A stretch of DNA of 64,000 nt, from positions 115,258,001-115,322,000 of the forward strand of contig OX597814.1 of NCBI GenBank assembly GCA_951406725.2, written 5' to 3'. Shown here piece by piece: positions 40,423 to 54,798 of this stretch. The notes under the pieces are model-generated. The model saw nothing but the letters and a program-made list of their open reading frames with translations. It was not told the origin of the DNA and ran no database searches. This DNA is from Octopus vulgaris. Taxonomy: Eukaryota. The first letter of the stretch is position 1. Each line of letters starts with the position of its first letter. The position numbers were made by a program, and so were the translations under genes.

Positions 40423-41624
40423 CATAGAACTTGTTACAGAGAGACAAAAGATTTTATATTTTACCTTGCAACTGCTGCGATAATTATTGACTGGTAATGG
40501 AACAGTAAATGTGTATTGTTTTAATGGAAATGAAAATAAAATTTCTTATTGACACTGGCCAACCCGCGCTTTACGCATGTCATTCGTCCACTGGGGATCT
40601 AATACAAGCAACACACAACAAGGAGAAAGAGACAAAAATAAAATAACACGTGTTAATTTCTTTTTTCTAAAAACATTCAGTGACGTTAACTGGAGCGTTG
40701 GGGTTCGAGTAGACGTCATTCCACCTTTTCATTTCTCATTACCAATTTTTCATTTCATTTTATTTTTTTCCCCACTTTTGTGTTTTGTCTGACCTTGTGC
40801 TGTCCCCTCTGTTTCGACCCTGTGTGGTTAATTAAAAAAATCAAGTCGTCAGGTATGTTATGTATGTGTAGATGTGTATGTGTGTGTTTAATAAGGTACC
40901 GTATATAGTATGTCTGTAATTTTGTATGCAGTGTAAATTAACGAAATAGAAGCACGTGTACAGGGAAACAAAGAATTTTATATTTTACCTTACAGCTGCT
41001 GCGATAATTATTAACTGGTAATAGAACAATAAATGTGAATTGCTTTAAAGGAAATGAAAATAACATTTCGTATTGACACTTCACGCATGTCAGTCTCAGG
41101 TACGTATATGTAAATGTGTGTGTGCGTTTAATAACGTACCGTATATAGTAGGTCTGTATTTTTGTATGCTGCGTAAATTAATCCAAAAAAATTACATGTT
41201 GACACTCCTGCAGTCTCATGGTATCACCATGTAAAATTTGATTTGATTTGATTTGGTTGAGCCGTTAGGAACAGACAGAGATACAAAGGATTTTATATAC
41301 ATACTAGTATTACAAACCTATCTCATTCGAGTCTACTCGGGCCACATTTTAAAGATGAGGAATTTGCTCTAGAGGCCACGCCTTTCAATTAAGCAAATTC
41401 AAAGTTGCCATGCAAACTCTCCAGCACTTTTAACATAGGTGTTCAAATTTCTAGGTCAATCCCACCACATTTACTAACACTTTTGCATGCACAACTGCTT
41501 GTACGACAACGTCCGCCCTTTTCACAAATATATAGTAGATAGTTTATTATTTAAATTGTCTTAAATAACACCCGAACGCAACGCACAATATCTTTACGTC
41601 ATATACTTATATATTAAAAATTAA

Positions 41625-41870
41625 AAAAATGCGCCCCTTTGAAGCCTAGCCAGGCTCATGGGCCCGGTTTCTATGGCGTATGTGTTCCCCAGCTGGACCG
41701 GACGCCAGTCCATCGCAAGATTACTCATTTTTGCCAGCTGAGTGGACTGGAGCAACGTGAAATGAATTGTTTTGCTCAAGAACACAACGCGTCGCCCGGT
41801 CCAGGAATCGAAATCACAATCTTACGATCATGGTGCTGACACCCTAACCACTAAGCCACGCGCCTCCACA
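41625..41870 (-). mobile_element. tRNA-derived SINE
   Basis: Head tggaggcgcgtggcttagtggttagggtgtcagcac...ttcgattcctggacc. Confidence 0.75.
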
Positions 41871-42368
41871 TACTTATGTATTAATTTTGTATAATACTCG
41901 TATGTATTATTTTCAATGGATGTCTTCTTAGCACACCGAATATTGCCTTGAGAGACTCTCTTATATAGGCACTTGATGAATAAAAGCTCACACATAGATC
42001 ATAGAATATGAGAATCGTCTGTCATGGGTGCCGGAATTCCCATATCACATGATTTCATTCTACCGGAAATCGTCAGTGGGAGGCATCCGATCACTGCATG
42101 CCAGTCAAATCTCGTTGCTACTGTATATAGAATATCAGCATCTTACCAGACGCAGACGTCGCAAATAACCAACAGGGTTATTAGCGGTGGAAGCAGTATT
42201 AGTACCAAAAAATAATGTTATATCCAACTAAACATGGATATCTTATTAGAACACCAAATACTGCGTTTATTAGCCTTAAAAGATACTCTCTTATATATGC
42301 GCTGGGTGCATAAAAGCACACACATAGATCATAGCAGACGAGAATCGTCAACTCAGTATTCGGTGTTC

Positions 42369-43106
42369 GGATCTTTACCTTTTGACCGACAGATTTAGTA
42401 AATAATTTTTTGTAACTAAACACTTTCAAACTTCGAACACTGGTAGAATGTGTCATATAAAATATTTTTTACTCTTAGAGTTTTTGAGAAAAGTTGATAT
42501 TTAGGAAGTTATTTCACGTTAAAGTTGTAGTATTTCAGTAATTTCAACCAATCAATGACATGTATTCAACTGAATAAAATTACTGCCGTTGTTTGTCAAC
42601 AACAACTATCGGTGGTATATATTTCGCTTGTCACTGTTATTTATGATACCGTTCGTGCATTTGTACTGGTTTTAACTTTAAGGTTTTAGGGTTAGGGTGT
42701 TAGGGTTTTAGGGCTAGGGTTAGGGTGTTAGGGTTAGGACTTTAGAGTTAGGGTTAGGGTTAAGGTTTTAAGGTTAGGGTTAGGGTTAAGGTTTTAGGGT
42801 TAGGGTTAGAGTTTTAGGGTTAGGTTTGTCATAAACAACTGTAACAAACGAAATATACACCCCCGGAAGTTCTTGTTGACAAACAACAGCAGTAATTTTA
42901 TTCAACTGAATACACGTCATTGATTGGTTGAAATTACCGAAATACTACAACTTTAACGTGAAATAACTTCCTAAATATAAGTTTTTCTCAAAAACGCTAA
43001 GAGTAAAAGATGTTTTATATGACACATTCTACCAGTGTCCGAAATTTGAAAGTGTTTAGTTACAAAAAATTATTTTTTAAATCTGTCGGTCAAAAGGTAA
43101 AGATCC
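42369..43106. mobile_element. Foldback DNA element with ~280-bp TIRs, 8-bp TSD and telomeric-repeat core
   Basis: Termini GGATCTTTACC / GGTAAAGATCC; perfect TSD cggtgttc at 42361-42368 and 43107-43114. Confidence 0.9.
42678..42825 (+). repeat. Degenerate interstitial (TTAGGG)n array
   Basis: ttagggttagggtgttagggttttaggg... directly visible. Confidence 0.9.
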
Positions 43107-43296
43107 CGGTGTTCTAACAGGACAACCATGTTCGGTTGAAAATAAGGATATTCTTTTGGTATTAAAATTGCTTCCATCTCTAATAATTAACACATATATC
43201 ATCTTGATCTTAATTCATTATAGAGTGTCCCTACGCTCTTTTATGCATGCGAATGTTTATACACACATGTATATATGTATGTATGTATGTTTGTAA

Positions 43297-43361
<65 letters not shown>

Positions 43362-44671
43362 TATGTATAATTATAGAATGTTCTAATGTATAAGGCAGCG
43401 AGCTGGCAGAAACGTTAGCACACCTGGCGAAATGCTTAGCGATATTTCATCTGTCTTTACGTTCTGGGTTCAAATTCCGCCGAGGTCAACTTTGCCTTTT
43501 CATTCTTTCAGGTTCGATAAATTAAGTACCATTTACGTAGTGGGGTCGATCTAATTGACTGGTTCTCTCCCCAAAAATTTCGGGCCTTCAGAAGAAAAGA
43601 TTGTCTTAATGTGTGTATATGTATGTCTGTTTCTATGTATGATCATAGATTGTCCTTATGTTTTTATGTATGTGTATGTTTACACACACACATGTATGTA
43701 TGTATGTATGATGTATAAATTTATATATGATTGTATGACAGTTTATATGCACCTTTGTATGTATTTTTTATATCCGTGTGAATGTATGTGTATATGCCTG
43801 TATAGATATGCACTATGTGCATTATGTTCGTTTGTATATGTATATATGTATGCATGTATGACTGCTCCCGTGCATGGATGATTGTAATTTCAACCGTGTT
43901 TCGTGGTCTGCTACCACAACTGCTCCTTTATAGGATCCAGTTAGCTCAAGACATCATCAAGAGGAACCACGTCCGATTTCGGCCCCTACTCCTCTACCGT
44001 TTTGACGTGGCGCCGCCCCCCCCCCCCACTTTCGGAGGTGTCTTCAGCTGTAGTGTTGGGTGCATGTCTTCTTTCTTCTTTCTTCTGTTCCCTATGATAC
44101 TCTTATATAATACCCTCGTGTCCTGCTTCCACGTAATACACAAAGACCGTTGTGTATCGCCTTGATATATTAGCTTGTGCAATTCTTTTATATAACTAGT
44201 CGTGACGCAATGCCTTCATATTATGTCCCAATGACAATGTTCCTTATACATTGCCCTATTTAATATTCATATTCACAGCACTTACGTATTAATTTCATGC
44301 GTCATTCTTTTATGCTGTACATGTATCAGTCATAACGAAACGCTCCTGCATAACCTCCTTTATGTAGCGCTCTTATCTCATAAGCCATCTTATGTAATCA
44401 CCTTATCTAGCGATCTTACGCAACGTTCTTGGTAATATTCTTATATAATGATCTTACGTATGTCTTATTGATGACCCTTATTTGATGTCCTTATCTAATC
44501 TCTTATCTTAGGCGCTTATCTTATGTCCTTATATAATAATTTTATGTACTGGAATTGTGCAATGTGCTTACTGTAATACACTTACATGCATACATACATA
44601 CATACATACATACATACATACATACATACATACATACATACATACATACATACATACATGCATGCATACAT

Positions 44672-45000
44672 CAGGTTCAAAGAGAATACCTACGCTGAAC
44701 TATTGAGAAATCTGCAGTTACTCTAGCCAGATTACATGTTCAGGTCTATACCTGTAATTATTGGGACATTGGGATATGTTACGCCCTGCCTGAATACTAA
44801 TCTTGTGAAATTAGGCTTCTCAAAACCAGAAAGGAGAAAGCTAATTCGAAGGTTACAGTTCCAATCCGCCAGTGGAACTGTAAAAATCTGGAAAACTTTC
44901 CAGAAGTTTATCATTTAAGTATATATGAGCATGTCTAGATGTGTAACTATATGCATGAGAATACATCCATAAAGCAAAATAAACAAATCTATACATGCAT
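44672..45000 (+). mobile_element. RLE-type non-LTR retrotransposon 3' fragment embedded in (CATA)n
   Basis: KENTYAEL...IPVIIGTLG...GTVKIWKTF resembles the RLE C-terminus; (TACA)n on both sides. Confidence 0.65.
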
Positions 45001-45205
45001 ACCTACCTACCTCCATACATACATACATACATACATACATACATACATACATACATACATACATACATACGTATAAACACCCTGTTGTTGATGTTGAAAT
45101 TCCAATGAAGGAGCTTTGCCTCTAGGTTAGAAACCGGTTCTTTCTCTATTGGCAAGAAATCTTGAAATAAAATTAAATAATGACATACATACATACATAC
45201 ATACA

Positions 45206-45239
<34 letters not shown>

Positions 45240-45969
45240 CATACATACATACTTACATACATACATACATATATACATACATACATACATACGTCGAACT
45301 TCTGTTTCCGTCTACCAAACCCCGCAAGGCTTTAGTCCGCCAGGGGTTAAACTAGAAGGTACTTGCACAAGGTGCCACGAAGTAGAACTCATCCCAGAAC
45401 CCAGGAAACTCGGGATTAACTCGGATTATCAAAGGTCCTGATTATGGATTAAGTAACTTTACTGTAGCGAAAAAGCATCTAACATTCACGAGCAAGTAAC
45501 AGAATCGAACATTTTCTTGCATTCCGGTCTTTCTATGTCGTTGCACTTCTTACAGTGCAATTTCGTTGATCCGAAGTCGCTGAATAATTCACGAAACTCC
45601 TTTCTTTCTGGCTGTTTGTTCTTCTGTAATAACGTCGTTGATATCAAAGTAAAATCGGGAGAATGGTTTCAAGCAGGCGATATCAGTCTATAAATTAGAT
45701 TCTGATCTACAATTAGCCAGTAATTCTTCGTCACTGATTAGCTGCGTTCTAGGGTAATAACTTTGTTTCAACTAATACGAGTTAACTTGTTGTATTGATT
45801 TTTTTTCCCCACCGAGAATAAGTTGCAGTAGATTGATAATGATGTCGCTGATAGAAACTACTAACAATTAAGACATTTAAATCTCTTCCCAGTGCTCCGT
45901 TAAACACAGTGCGAAGAATAACGATATCTATATTCTAGACGCGATTTTCTTTTCTTTTATTCTTTTATA

Positions 45970-46358
45970 TACTTCAGTCATTTGGCTGCGGCCGTGCTGG
46001 AGCACTGCCTTTCGTCGAACAAATCGATCCCAGGACTTATTCTTTGTAAGCCTAGTACTTATTCTATCAGACTCACTTGCCAAACCGCTAAGTTACGGGA
46101 ACGTAAACACACCACCATCGGTTGACATGCGATGTTGGGGGGACAAACACAGACACACAAACAAACACACACACATACACACACACATATATATACGACG
46201 GGATTCTTTCAGTTTCCGTCTACCAAATCCACTCACAAGGCTTTGGTCGGCCCGAGGCTATAGTAGAAGACACTTGCCCAAGGTGCCACGCAGTGGGACT
46301 GAACCCGGAACCATGTGGTTGGTAAGCAAGCTACTTACCACACAACCACTCCTGCGCT
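45970..46358 (-). mobile_element. tRNA-derived CORE-like SINE with internal microsatellite
   Basis: Head gcgcaggagtggttgtgtggtaag...gggttcagtccc, then accttgggcaagtg; opposite-strand partial copy at 46538-46695. Confidence 0.85.
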
Positions 46359-46701
46359 TCTTATTTTTTTGCCTCATTACTCTAAGGATATTCTCCGTCT
46401 CACTTCAAACTTTCCTCAGCAAGGAATCGAACGCATCTCCAGAAATGTCTCCTGTATAACGTTTACTCATCTCTCCCAACACTATTTAATCTCGACTGAA
46501 TTTCTTGTTAGTTTTTCGGAGAGGTCTTTCTTTGCGTAGGAGTGACTGTGTGGTAAGTAGCTTGCTTACCAACCACATGGTTCCGGGTTCAGTCCCACTG
46601 CATGGCACCTTGGGTAAGTGTCTTCTACTATAGCCTCGAGCCGACCAAAGCCTCGGGAGGATTTGGTAGACGGAAACTAAAAGAAGCCCGTCGTATATAT
46701 G

Positions 46702-46768
<67 letters not shown>

Positions 46769-47239
46769 ATTTTATTATTGATAATACAATTTCTCTCTCC
46801 CTGCTTTTACTACGGTTCTCACTGTAAAAATTTGTTTACTCTATAACTCACGTGGATGGAAGCGGGAGGAATGCAAGACCTCATTCGTACTTTTTGAATT
46901 TGTTGGTACTGGCAGTTGAAGATGGTTTGTCTGAGATTACTCATATCAGACGGGTATGTTCGAGTTTTAGTGCTTTCAAATCCAAATATAAGAAATGTTG
47001 AGCTGACAAAGGAAGTGTTGAGTTTTAAATTCAACTAATCCAGAAACGTAACGTTCTCAAATTATCTTTGTACATGTGATATTTGGTTGTTTTTCCCTCC
47101 ATATCTGCGTGAATTATTTTTGAGTAAACACTGTCTGGGAGATTTTTGAGAAATAGCTAAAAAAACTTTTTGGCTGCTATTTCTAAAAGTTTCAGTGTGT
47201 GGTAAAGTAAATTATTTTACTGAGCCCTATTTATATAAC

Positions 47240-47269
<30 letters not shown>

Positions 47270-47271
<2 letters not shown>

Positions 47272-47479
47272 TCTTTTACTCTTTTACTCTTTTACTTGTT
47301 TCAGTCATTTGACTGCGGCCATGCTGGAGCACCGCCTTTAGTCGAGCAAATCGACCCCGGGACTTATTCTTTGGAAGGCCAGTACTTATTCTATCGGTCT
47401 CTTTTGCCGAACCGCTAAGTGACGGGGACGTAAACACGCCAGCATCGGTTGTCAAGCAATGCTAGGGGGACAAACACAA

Positions 47480-47536
<57 letters not shown>

Positions 47537-47699
47537 TACAACAGGCTTCTTTCAGTTTCCGTCTACCAAATCCACTCACAAGACATTGGTTGGCCCGGGG
47601 CTATAGCAGAAGACACTTGCCCAAGATGCCACGCAGTGGGACTGAACCCGGAACCATGTGGTTTGTTAGCAAGCTACTTACCACACAGCCACTCCTGCG

Positions 47700-47702
<3 letters not shown>
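47270..47702 (-). mobile_element. tRNA-derived CORE-like SINE, full length
   Basis: Colinear with 45970-46358 and 55217-55640; (gagtaaaa)n tail. Confidence 0.85.
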
Positions 47703-47744
<42 letters not shown>

Positions 47745-47745
<1 letters not shown>

Positions 47746-48145
47746 AATTTTTGCGTAATAAAATAAAACACCAAGGTTGTATAGATATTAGAGCATTTAT
47801 AGATAGATCTTACAGCTGTTTCTAGGATATTAATTAATAATATCCCTTCATCGGAGACGGCGTGAGAGGAAAATTAAGTCATAGTTAGTTTAGATGTGAT
47901 ACAAAATAGAGAGTGAGGTGGAGGAAAGAAAATAGATGTAAAATATGTATGGGTATTGAATTTGTAAATCCGTTTTATAGGCATAATAGTATATATGCAA
48001 TATTCCAATATCCTTTGAGTAAAATTCAAAAGTCCAACAGAGTTTAATATGATTCCTTCCAAACATAGAGTTTATAAGCAATGTAAGATTCCCTTATGAG
48101 TGAGATGCAGCAGATTTTTAAACTTGGTCATTCTCAGTAAGGAAT
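47745..48145 (-). mobile_element. Penelope-like 3' region with hammerhead relic
   Basis: Inverted copy of 17760-18165; GTCT-CCGATGA-stem II-GAAAC-AGCT-GTA-AGAT at 47807-47858. Confidence 0.6.
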
Positions 48146-48976
48146 TTGTGTGTGTGTATATATTTGTGTCTGTGTTTGCCCCCCCCCCCCCCACATCGCT
48201 TGACAACCGATGCTGGTGTGTTTACGTCCCCGTAACTTAGCGTTTCGGCAAAAGAGACCCATAGAATAAGTACTAAGCTTACAAAGAATAAGTCCTGGGG
48301 TCGATTTGCTCGACTTAAAGCGGTACTCCAGCATGGCCACACTCAAATGACTGAAACAAGTAAAAGAGTAAAAGAATATTCTCTTCTGATAACGGAGATT
48401 TTCATTAATATTTCGTTAAGTAGACATGTTATTTTATTTTCTGTGTATTTTCTTACTCGGCGGCGAGCTGGCCGAATCGTTAGCACTGCGTACAAAAGTA
48501 CTTGGCGAAAGTTTTTCTTGCTATTTACATTCTGAGCCCAAATCACACAGAGGTCAACTTTGCCTTTCATCCTTTTGAGGTCCATTAACTAAAGAACCAA
48601 TCAAGTACTGGAGTCGGTGTGGTCAACTTGTTCCCTTCCTTCAAAACTACTGGCCTTAAACCTAGCAACTGACCGGCGTACCGTTGAGGGGAATGTTGTA
48701 CTCTCGGCCACTTATACGCGGTGGAAACCAAGTAACCAGTCGTATGTGACCCAAAACTCAAAAACATATTCGCCTAATATTAGTGCAGCGGTACATAAAC
48801 ACAACCAAAACATGATGGGGTTGTGAAACTAAAAAAGTAGATTGGGGATTCACTGAGGATCATAAGCTATACCGGGATGCTCTCCGTTTTTTTTTGGTGT
48901 TGCTATCATTTTGCGTTAGCTGTTGTCGTTCTGTCCAGTTCTATTTATTGGTGGGGCACAAACACAGACACAAAAG

Positions 48977-49027
<51 letters not shown>

Positions 49028-49277
49028 CACGTGATCACGTAACCGACCAGGCCATCAGATGTTGCTACACACATCGCTTCGCATTGTTTTTGCCTTCAAC
49101 GACGCCACCCCACTGGCTAAGCGAGCAGGCCAACAGAAGAAAGAGTGTGAGAAAGTTGTGGTGAAAGAGTACAGCAAGGATTACCCCCTTCCCCCTTCCG
49201 GGGCCTCGTGCAGCTTTAGGTGTTTTCGCTCAATAAACACTCACAACGCCCGGTCTGGGAATCGAAACCGCGATATG

Positions 49278-49344
<67 letters not shown>

Positions 49345-50105
49345 TATATATAATCATATACGACGGACTTTCAGTTTCCGTCGACTAAATCCACTGAAAA
49401 AGCTTTGGTCGGCCCAAGGCTATACTAGAAGACACTTGCTCAAGGTGTCACGTAATGGGACTGAACGCAGGATCATGTTGTGTGGAAGCAAACTTCTAAC
49501 CACACAGCCACGCCTGCACCAGTAATATTTCACATTTATGAAATGCGAAATAAGATAGTGTTGGTTCTTTTTTAACTTTCTTCAAGGCATTAACAACATC
49601 GGTGAAGTGAAATGATCATAACCGGTAATCGAAACCGGATCGCTGATATCCTAAGCTACCACCCACTCAGTTGTACGTACCACTGTTGCTAAAGGGTTTC
49701 TGCTAAAGCTTTTACATCCGTTTCACGATTTTCATAAAAACAGCTGTGGTAATCAGAGAGAGAATTGTTGTATCGATTTATCGATTTTTCGCCATAGTTT
49801 GGTTTTCTGCCGTCGATTACCGTGTAAAGAGTGAAAAGATGCAATTAATTGAAATATCATAACCTTTTATTAATTATCGGATAATGTTTGTTTTTGTTGT
49901 TGTTGTTGTTAATGGTAGAAGAGGTTGCTTTTGGTGGCAATGGCGGTTCGGCGGCGATGGGGCTGGGGGGCGATAGAGGAGACGTTGATTCAGAGGTGGA
50001 GTCGATGGTTGTGATGCATCGATAACAGTATGGGGTGATCGGCGTCGATGTTGCTGCGACTGCAATATTGTCAGGTTGATTATGTTGCTAGCACTAATGC
50101 TGTTC

Positions 50106-50155
<50 letters not shown>

Positions 50156-50912
50156 ATAGTTGTGGTGGTGGTGGCGGCGGCGGTGGCGGCGAATGGATTA
50201 GTCTTAATAATAATAATGACGGTAGGAAGAATGTGATGTGTAAAGTTACATATGGAGTCACAAGTACAGCAGTCTTTCTTCCTTGCCTCATCCCGCATAT
50301 TATATATATTCGCGTTTGCAATATTTCATTTTCATAGAATTTAAAATAGATTTATTAACACAAATCACAAATAATTTCAAAACAATATTATTGCTGCAAT
50401 TGCTATTGCTATTGTTCTTGTTCTTATTGTTTTATTTTCGTTGTCACTCCTTCTCTCACCGTGTTCCATCCATCTTCCTTCTTTATTTTTAAAATTGATG
50501 AAATCCATGTATGTGCTCAGGGACGACTCTTTTCATCCAATGTAACTTTGCGCTATACACGGTGAACTGGTAGAGTCGTTAGAGCATTTGATTATGTCCT
50601 CATGGTATTTTTTCTTACACTATGCACCAGTTCAAATCCCGCCGAGCTCAATATTGTCTTTTATCCTTTCGGTGGGTGATAAAATAAAGTATCGATTCAT
50701 GGTGATGGATTAGCGGAACTGTAAGAACGCCGGACATAGTGTCTTGTGCTATTTAGTTCCGGATCATTGGGGCCCCATGTTCCAACCTCGTCATGGCTTG
50801 CATACGGATAGACATAATACATCATCCGCTTTTATACCTTTTCCGGGCAGTATGAGTACCTTTAACAGACCCCACTCTGTTGCAAGCATTCAAATTAAGT
50901 TACTGGTTAGAG

Positions 50913-51156
50913 CAGTGGTTCTCAACCATTTTTTGTCTATGAGTCCTTTTTTACTCGAGTGGAACCCTATAGCCATTTGATATTTAAAATATCCCGTTAT
51001 ATTTTTATAGTTAAATATTAGGAATTTTATTCTTTAAAAATTATTAAAATATCTTGAGTATTGTAGAGATATAACTGATTTATTGCACATGATTTTTAAC
51101 AACTAAATCTTATAAGAATCTCCAAGGGTCATATGGGGCCTGGTCGAGAACCAGTT
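50913..51156. mobile_element. hAT-type MITE
   Basis: TIR cagtggttctcaacc / ggtcgagaaccagtt; 8-bp TSD ggttagag / ggtgagag. Confidence 0.7.
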
Positions 51157-53589
51157 GGTGAGAGGGTGCCTGTAAAGGGTCATAGGTACCGCCTACAGTG
51201 TCTAGTAAAAGACAAGCAAAAAATATCAGAGTTGGTTAAATGTCTTCGTCTTTTTATTACTTACTTGTCTCGGTCAATTCGACTGCGTCCATGCTGGGGT
51301 GAGGCTTTGAAGGTTTTAGTCGAACAAATTGCCTGCAGTACTTATATTATATAAGTGGTATTTATTTTATCGATCTCTTTTGCTATATTGCTATATTACC
51401 AGAACGTAAACAAACCAAAACCCTTTGTCATACAGTGAGGATGACAAATACAGAGTGAAAATGTTTGCTTTAGCTTCCTAGGTTGTTTAGTGATCTTATA
51501 ATATTTCGGGAAATATTTCCCTTTTCAAATACAAGAGTGAAAATAATCAGAGTTTGAAGAAGTACGCTGTTATTGGCAGGGCTGAAACTCTCGACAATTT
51601 ATTAACCCATCTATTTCAATTTTCCATTTAGGTGGTTTAAAATAACAGTCAATAAAATTTGTTTGTTCTCTTGTTTTTGTTTTGTTTTTTTTTTACATGA
51701 GACAAACTTGGAAGAATTCACAATTCCATATCCTTTCAGTGAAATTCAGAATTTTCCATTAAAATAAGCAAATATAAAGAATTTCATTATTTAGCAGATT
51801 TATCACATAAATAGGTTTATTTTGCCGCAAAACTTATTCAAAAATTCCTGTCATGCAAATAATTATGTAATTATGTTCAGTATTATCTACATACATCACG
51901 ATTATTGAATAAACCTGAAGGTATTCACAAATACCTAATAGACGAATTTTTATTTCTTTGTAGCCCATTGTTTTTCTTAATTATATACATCTTATACAAC
52001 GTTCAAAGCATTCTGATTATACGTAAAAAAAAGAGAACATCTGCCGTTACTGATCAGAAAATCGATTGGTACACACTGATATCGGTCAGTCCTACTTTCA
52101 ACTGTTTATAATTTACATTACGAATGCTCTGGGGGAGAAAACTTAAACATCATACTGTTATATTTATCTTTTTCCCCCTATTTGTTGTATGACAACATTG
52201 CCTACAACCACAATTGTCAATCACGGTGGTTGTTATAATAAAGAAATGAGTTCTCTGTATGCTTAAAGTCGCACAATCTGCTAGAAATAGCAACAAAATC
52301 TTTCTCAAACCAAACCTCAGTGTATTAAACAAAGAAAGGCTATATTAGATACTGAATAGTCGTATATATCCTTGAATGGTTGCAGTTGTAATGCATTTGA
52401 TAATAGGAATTCTCGGTCAAAGTCGGCTTGGGATGAAAAATAACAACTGTCTTTCAGGTTTCGATCGAAACCAATTTATAGGAAGTCGTGAAAGTTGAGA
52501 TTAATCGAGATGACGGATTAAACCTATCGCCTAAATTAATCCGTGATGCGATTCAAACTCAGAACGCAAAGAGCCAGGACAAATTCTGTAAGATGCCCAA
52601 TTCAGCATTATCATTAATCTGTCAGTCCACGCACCCAGGACTGGTGCATTTTATCGCCCCCGAAAGGGAGGAAGGTAACGCTGATCTCGGTAAGATTTGA
52701 ACTCAGACTGCAGTGTGAAGCATTCTATACAAACACTGCAACGACTTGCCAATTCACCGCCTTGCCGTTAGGTTTCTGCTTTCCTTCACCAACTAAGAGG
52801 CAAATTTCAGTTCATTACGATTTTTTTTTAAATATACCACTCAGAACATCAACAATCTTAATTCACTTACAGCTATTCATTTCGTTTGTAAACATTCTTC
52901 AGACTTAGACCCTATGGTTGCTATCTCCTTGAACAGTGAATAAACTCGACAGAAATTCGACACAATTACAATTTTAAAAGAGTGTGGCTAACATTATTTG
53001 TTCCTTGACATTAATGTTGATGATGATGCTTTTCTCTTCTCGTTTCCCTCGTTATCGATTATTAAATTTCTTTTCTGACCAAATAAAAAGAAATGCTGGC
53101 GGCAAAGGTGGGGAAGATTATTTCTTTTCTAAATATTAAGAGAGGAAACATACAACAATGATGCTATGCTCATCTTCCATCTTAAGTGCTATTAAACTGA
53201 TCTAAACAATTGGATTCCGCCGGAAACATTCTGTTCTTACAAAGAAGACTCAAGAACATATATCACTGCTCTATTATATCGCCAGAATCGGTAGAGCGTC
53301 GAACAAAATGCTTTACGTTATTTGCTCCAGTTCTTTACGTCCTGATTCGTTATTCAACCAACGTCAACTTTGGCTTTCATCCTTTCGGAGTCGATAAAAT
53401 AAATTACCGGTCAAGCATTAAGGTCGATGGTATCCACTAACGCCTTCCCCTCAGATTTACTGGCCTTCTGCATCAGTCAGGATTATTTTATCGTTGGAAT
53501 CGTTAGCTCATCGACTAATGTCTTATGCGCCTTTACGATTACGAGTGGAGAACGATTAAGAGTGGAGAATTGATAGAATTATCAGAGCG

Positions 53590-53985
53590 ATCTGCTGGCA
53601 GAATCGTTAGCACGCCAGGCGAAATGCTTAGCGGTATTTCGTCTGCCGTTACGTTCTGAGTTCAATATCCGCCGAGGTCGACTTTGCCTTTCATCCTTTT
53701 GGGGTCGATAAATTAAGTACCAGTTACGCACTGGGGTCGATCTAATCGACTTAATCCGTTTGTCTGTCCTTGTTTGTTCTCTCTGTGTTTAGCCCCTTGT
53801 GGGTAGTAAAGAAATAGGTATTTCGTCTGCCGTTACGTTGTGAGTTCAAATTCCGCCGAGGTCGACTTTGCTTTTAATCCTTTCGGGGTCGGTAAATTAA
53901 GTACCATTTACGCACTGGGGTTGATGTAATCGACTTAATCCCTTTGTCTGTCCTTGTTTAGCCCCTTGTAGGCAATAAAGAAATA
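53590..53985 (+). mobile_element. tRNA-derived SINE with duplicated body
   Basis: 15-bp TSD agaattatcagagcg at 53575-53589 and 53986-54000, inside an older SINE relic. Confidence 0.85.
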
Positions 53986-54359
53986 AGAATTATCAGAGCG
54001 TCGGACAAATATCTTATGGTATTTAGTTACGCTCCTTTACATTCGAAGTTCACATTACCCTGCAGTCAATGTTGCACTTTCTCTTTCCACTGTGGATAAG
54101 TTAAAGTACCAGTCAAGTACAGAGGTCGATTTAAACGATGTAAACGTCCTCCAAAAATGTCTGTCCATGTGCTTATCCTAGAAACGACTAAGGGTGAAGT
54201 ATTGACACAATTTTTAGAGCGTCGGAAAAACACCATATGATATTTCTTCCGACTCTTTACGTCACGAGTTCAAATCCTGTCAGGGTCAATTATACCTTGC
54301 TCAACAGAAAAAAAAATAAAATGTACCCATGCATTTAAATATGTAAAATTTTTTGTTCA

Positions 54360-54798
54360 GTAACGGCTGAGAAACATCCAGAAATCTTAGTGCTGGGCTA
54401 AGGACGATAAAATTTAGTCTGCCACCAATTCCAGCAACATCGAATTGTTGTAGTCTTCTTTTGAAGCACCTGTTGCTCTATTACGCATTAAAGATGGAAA
54501 ATCTCCACTCAGACAATCAAAAGAAATACTGAACAAGTGGAAACAACACTCCAGCAGAACGGGACTGAAAAGCCACAAAATAATAACAAAATGCCATGGA
54601 TACGGCAAGATTTGCCTATCAGCGCGGGGCTTGAAACAGCAGAAAGTGACTCCTGCTGTGAGTGGCAGTCTTGTATGTAACATCTGTTCCAATCAGTGTA
54701 GGTCACTTGCCGGCCTGAAAGGCTACTCCCTTGAAGCATTTCGATTCTGAAATGCGTCAAGCGATGGCTATACACAAGAACGAGGAAGTGGCCGTCTC
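54360..54798 (+). mobile_element. RTE-like LINE 3' fragment
   Basis: Ends in LVCNICSNQCRSLAGLKG, a C-terminal zinc-finger-like motif; frames broken. Confidence 0.45.

Noticed and set aside
42678-42825. True telomere or chromosome fusion site
   Set aside because: Short, degenerate, single orientation and enclosed by TIRs with a TSD.
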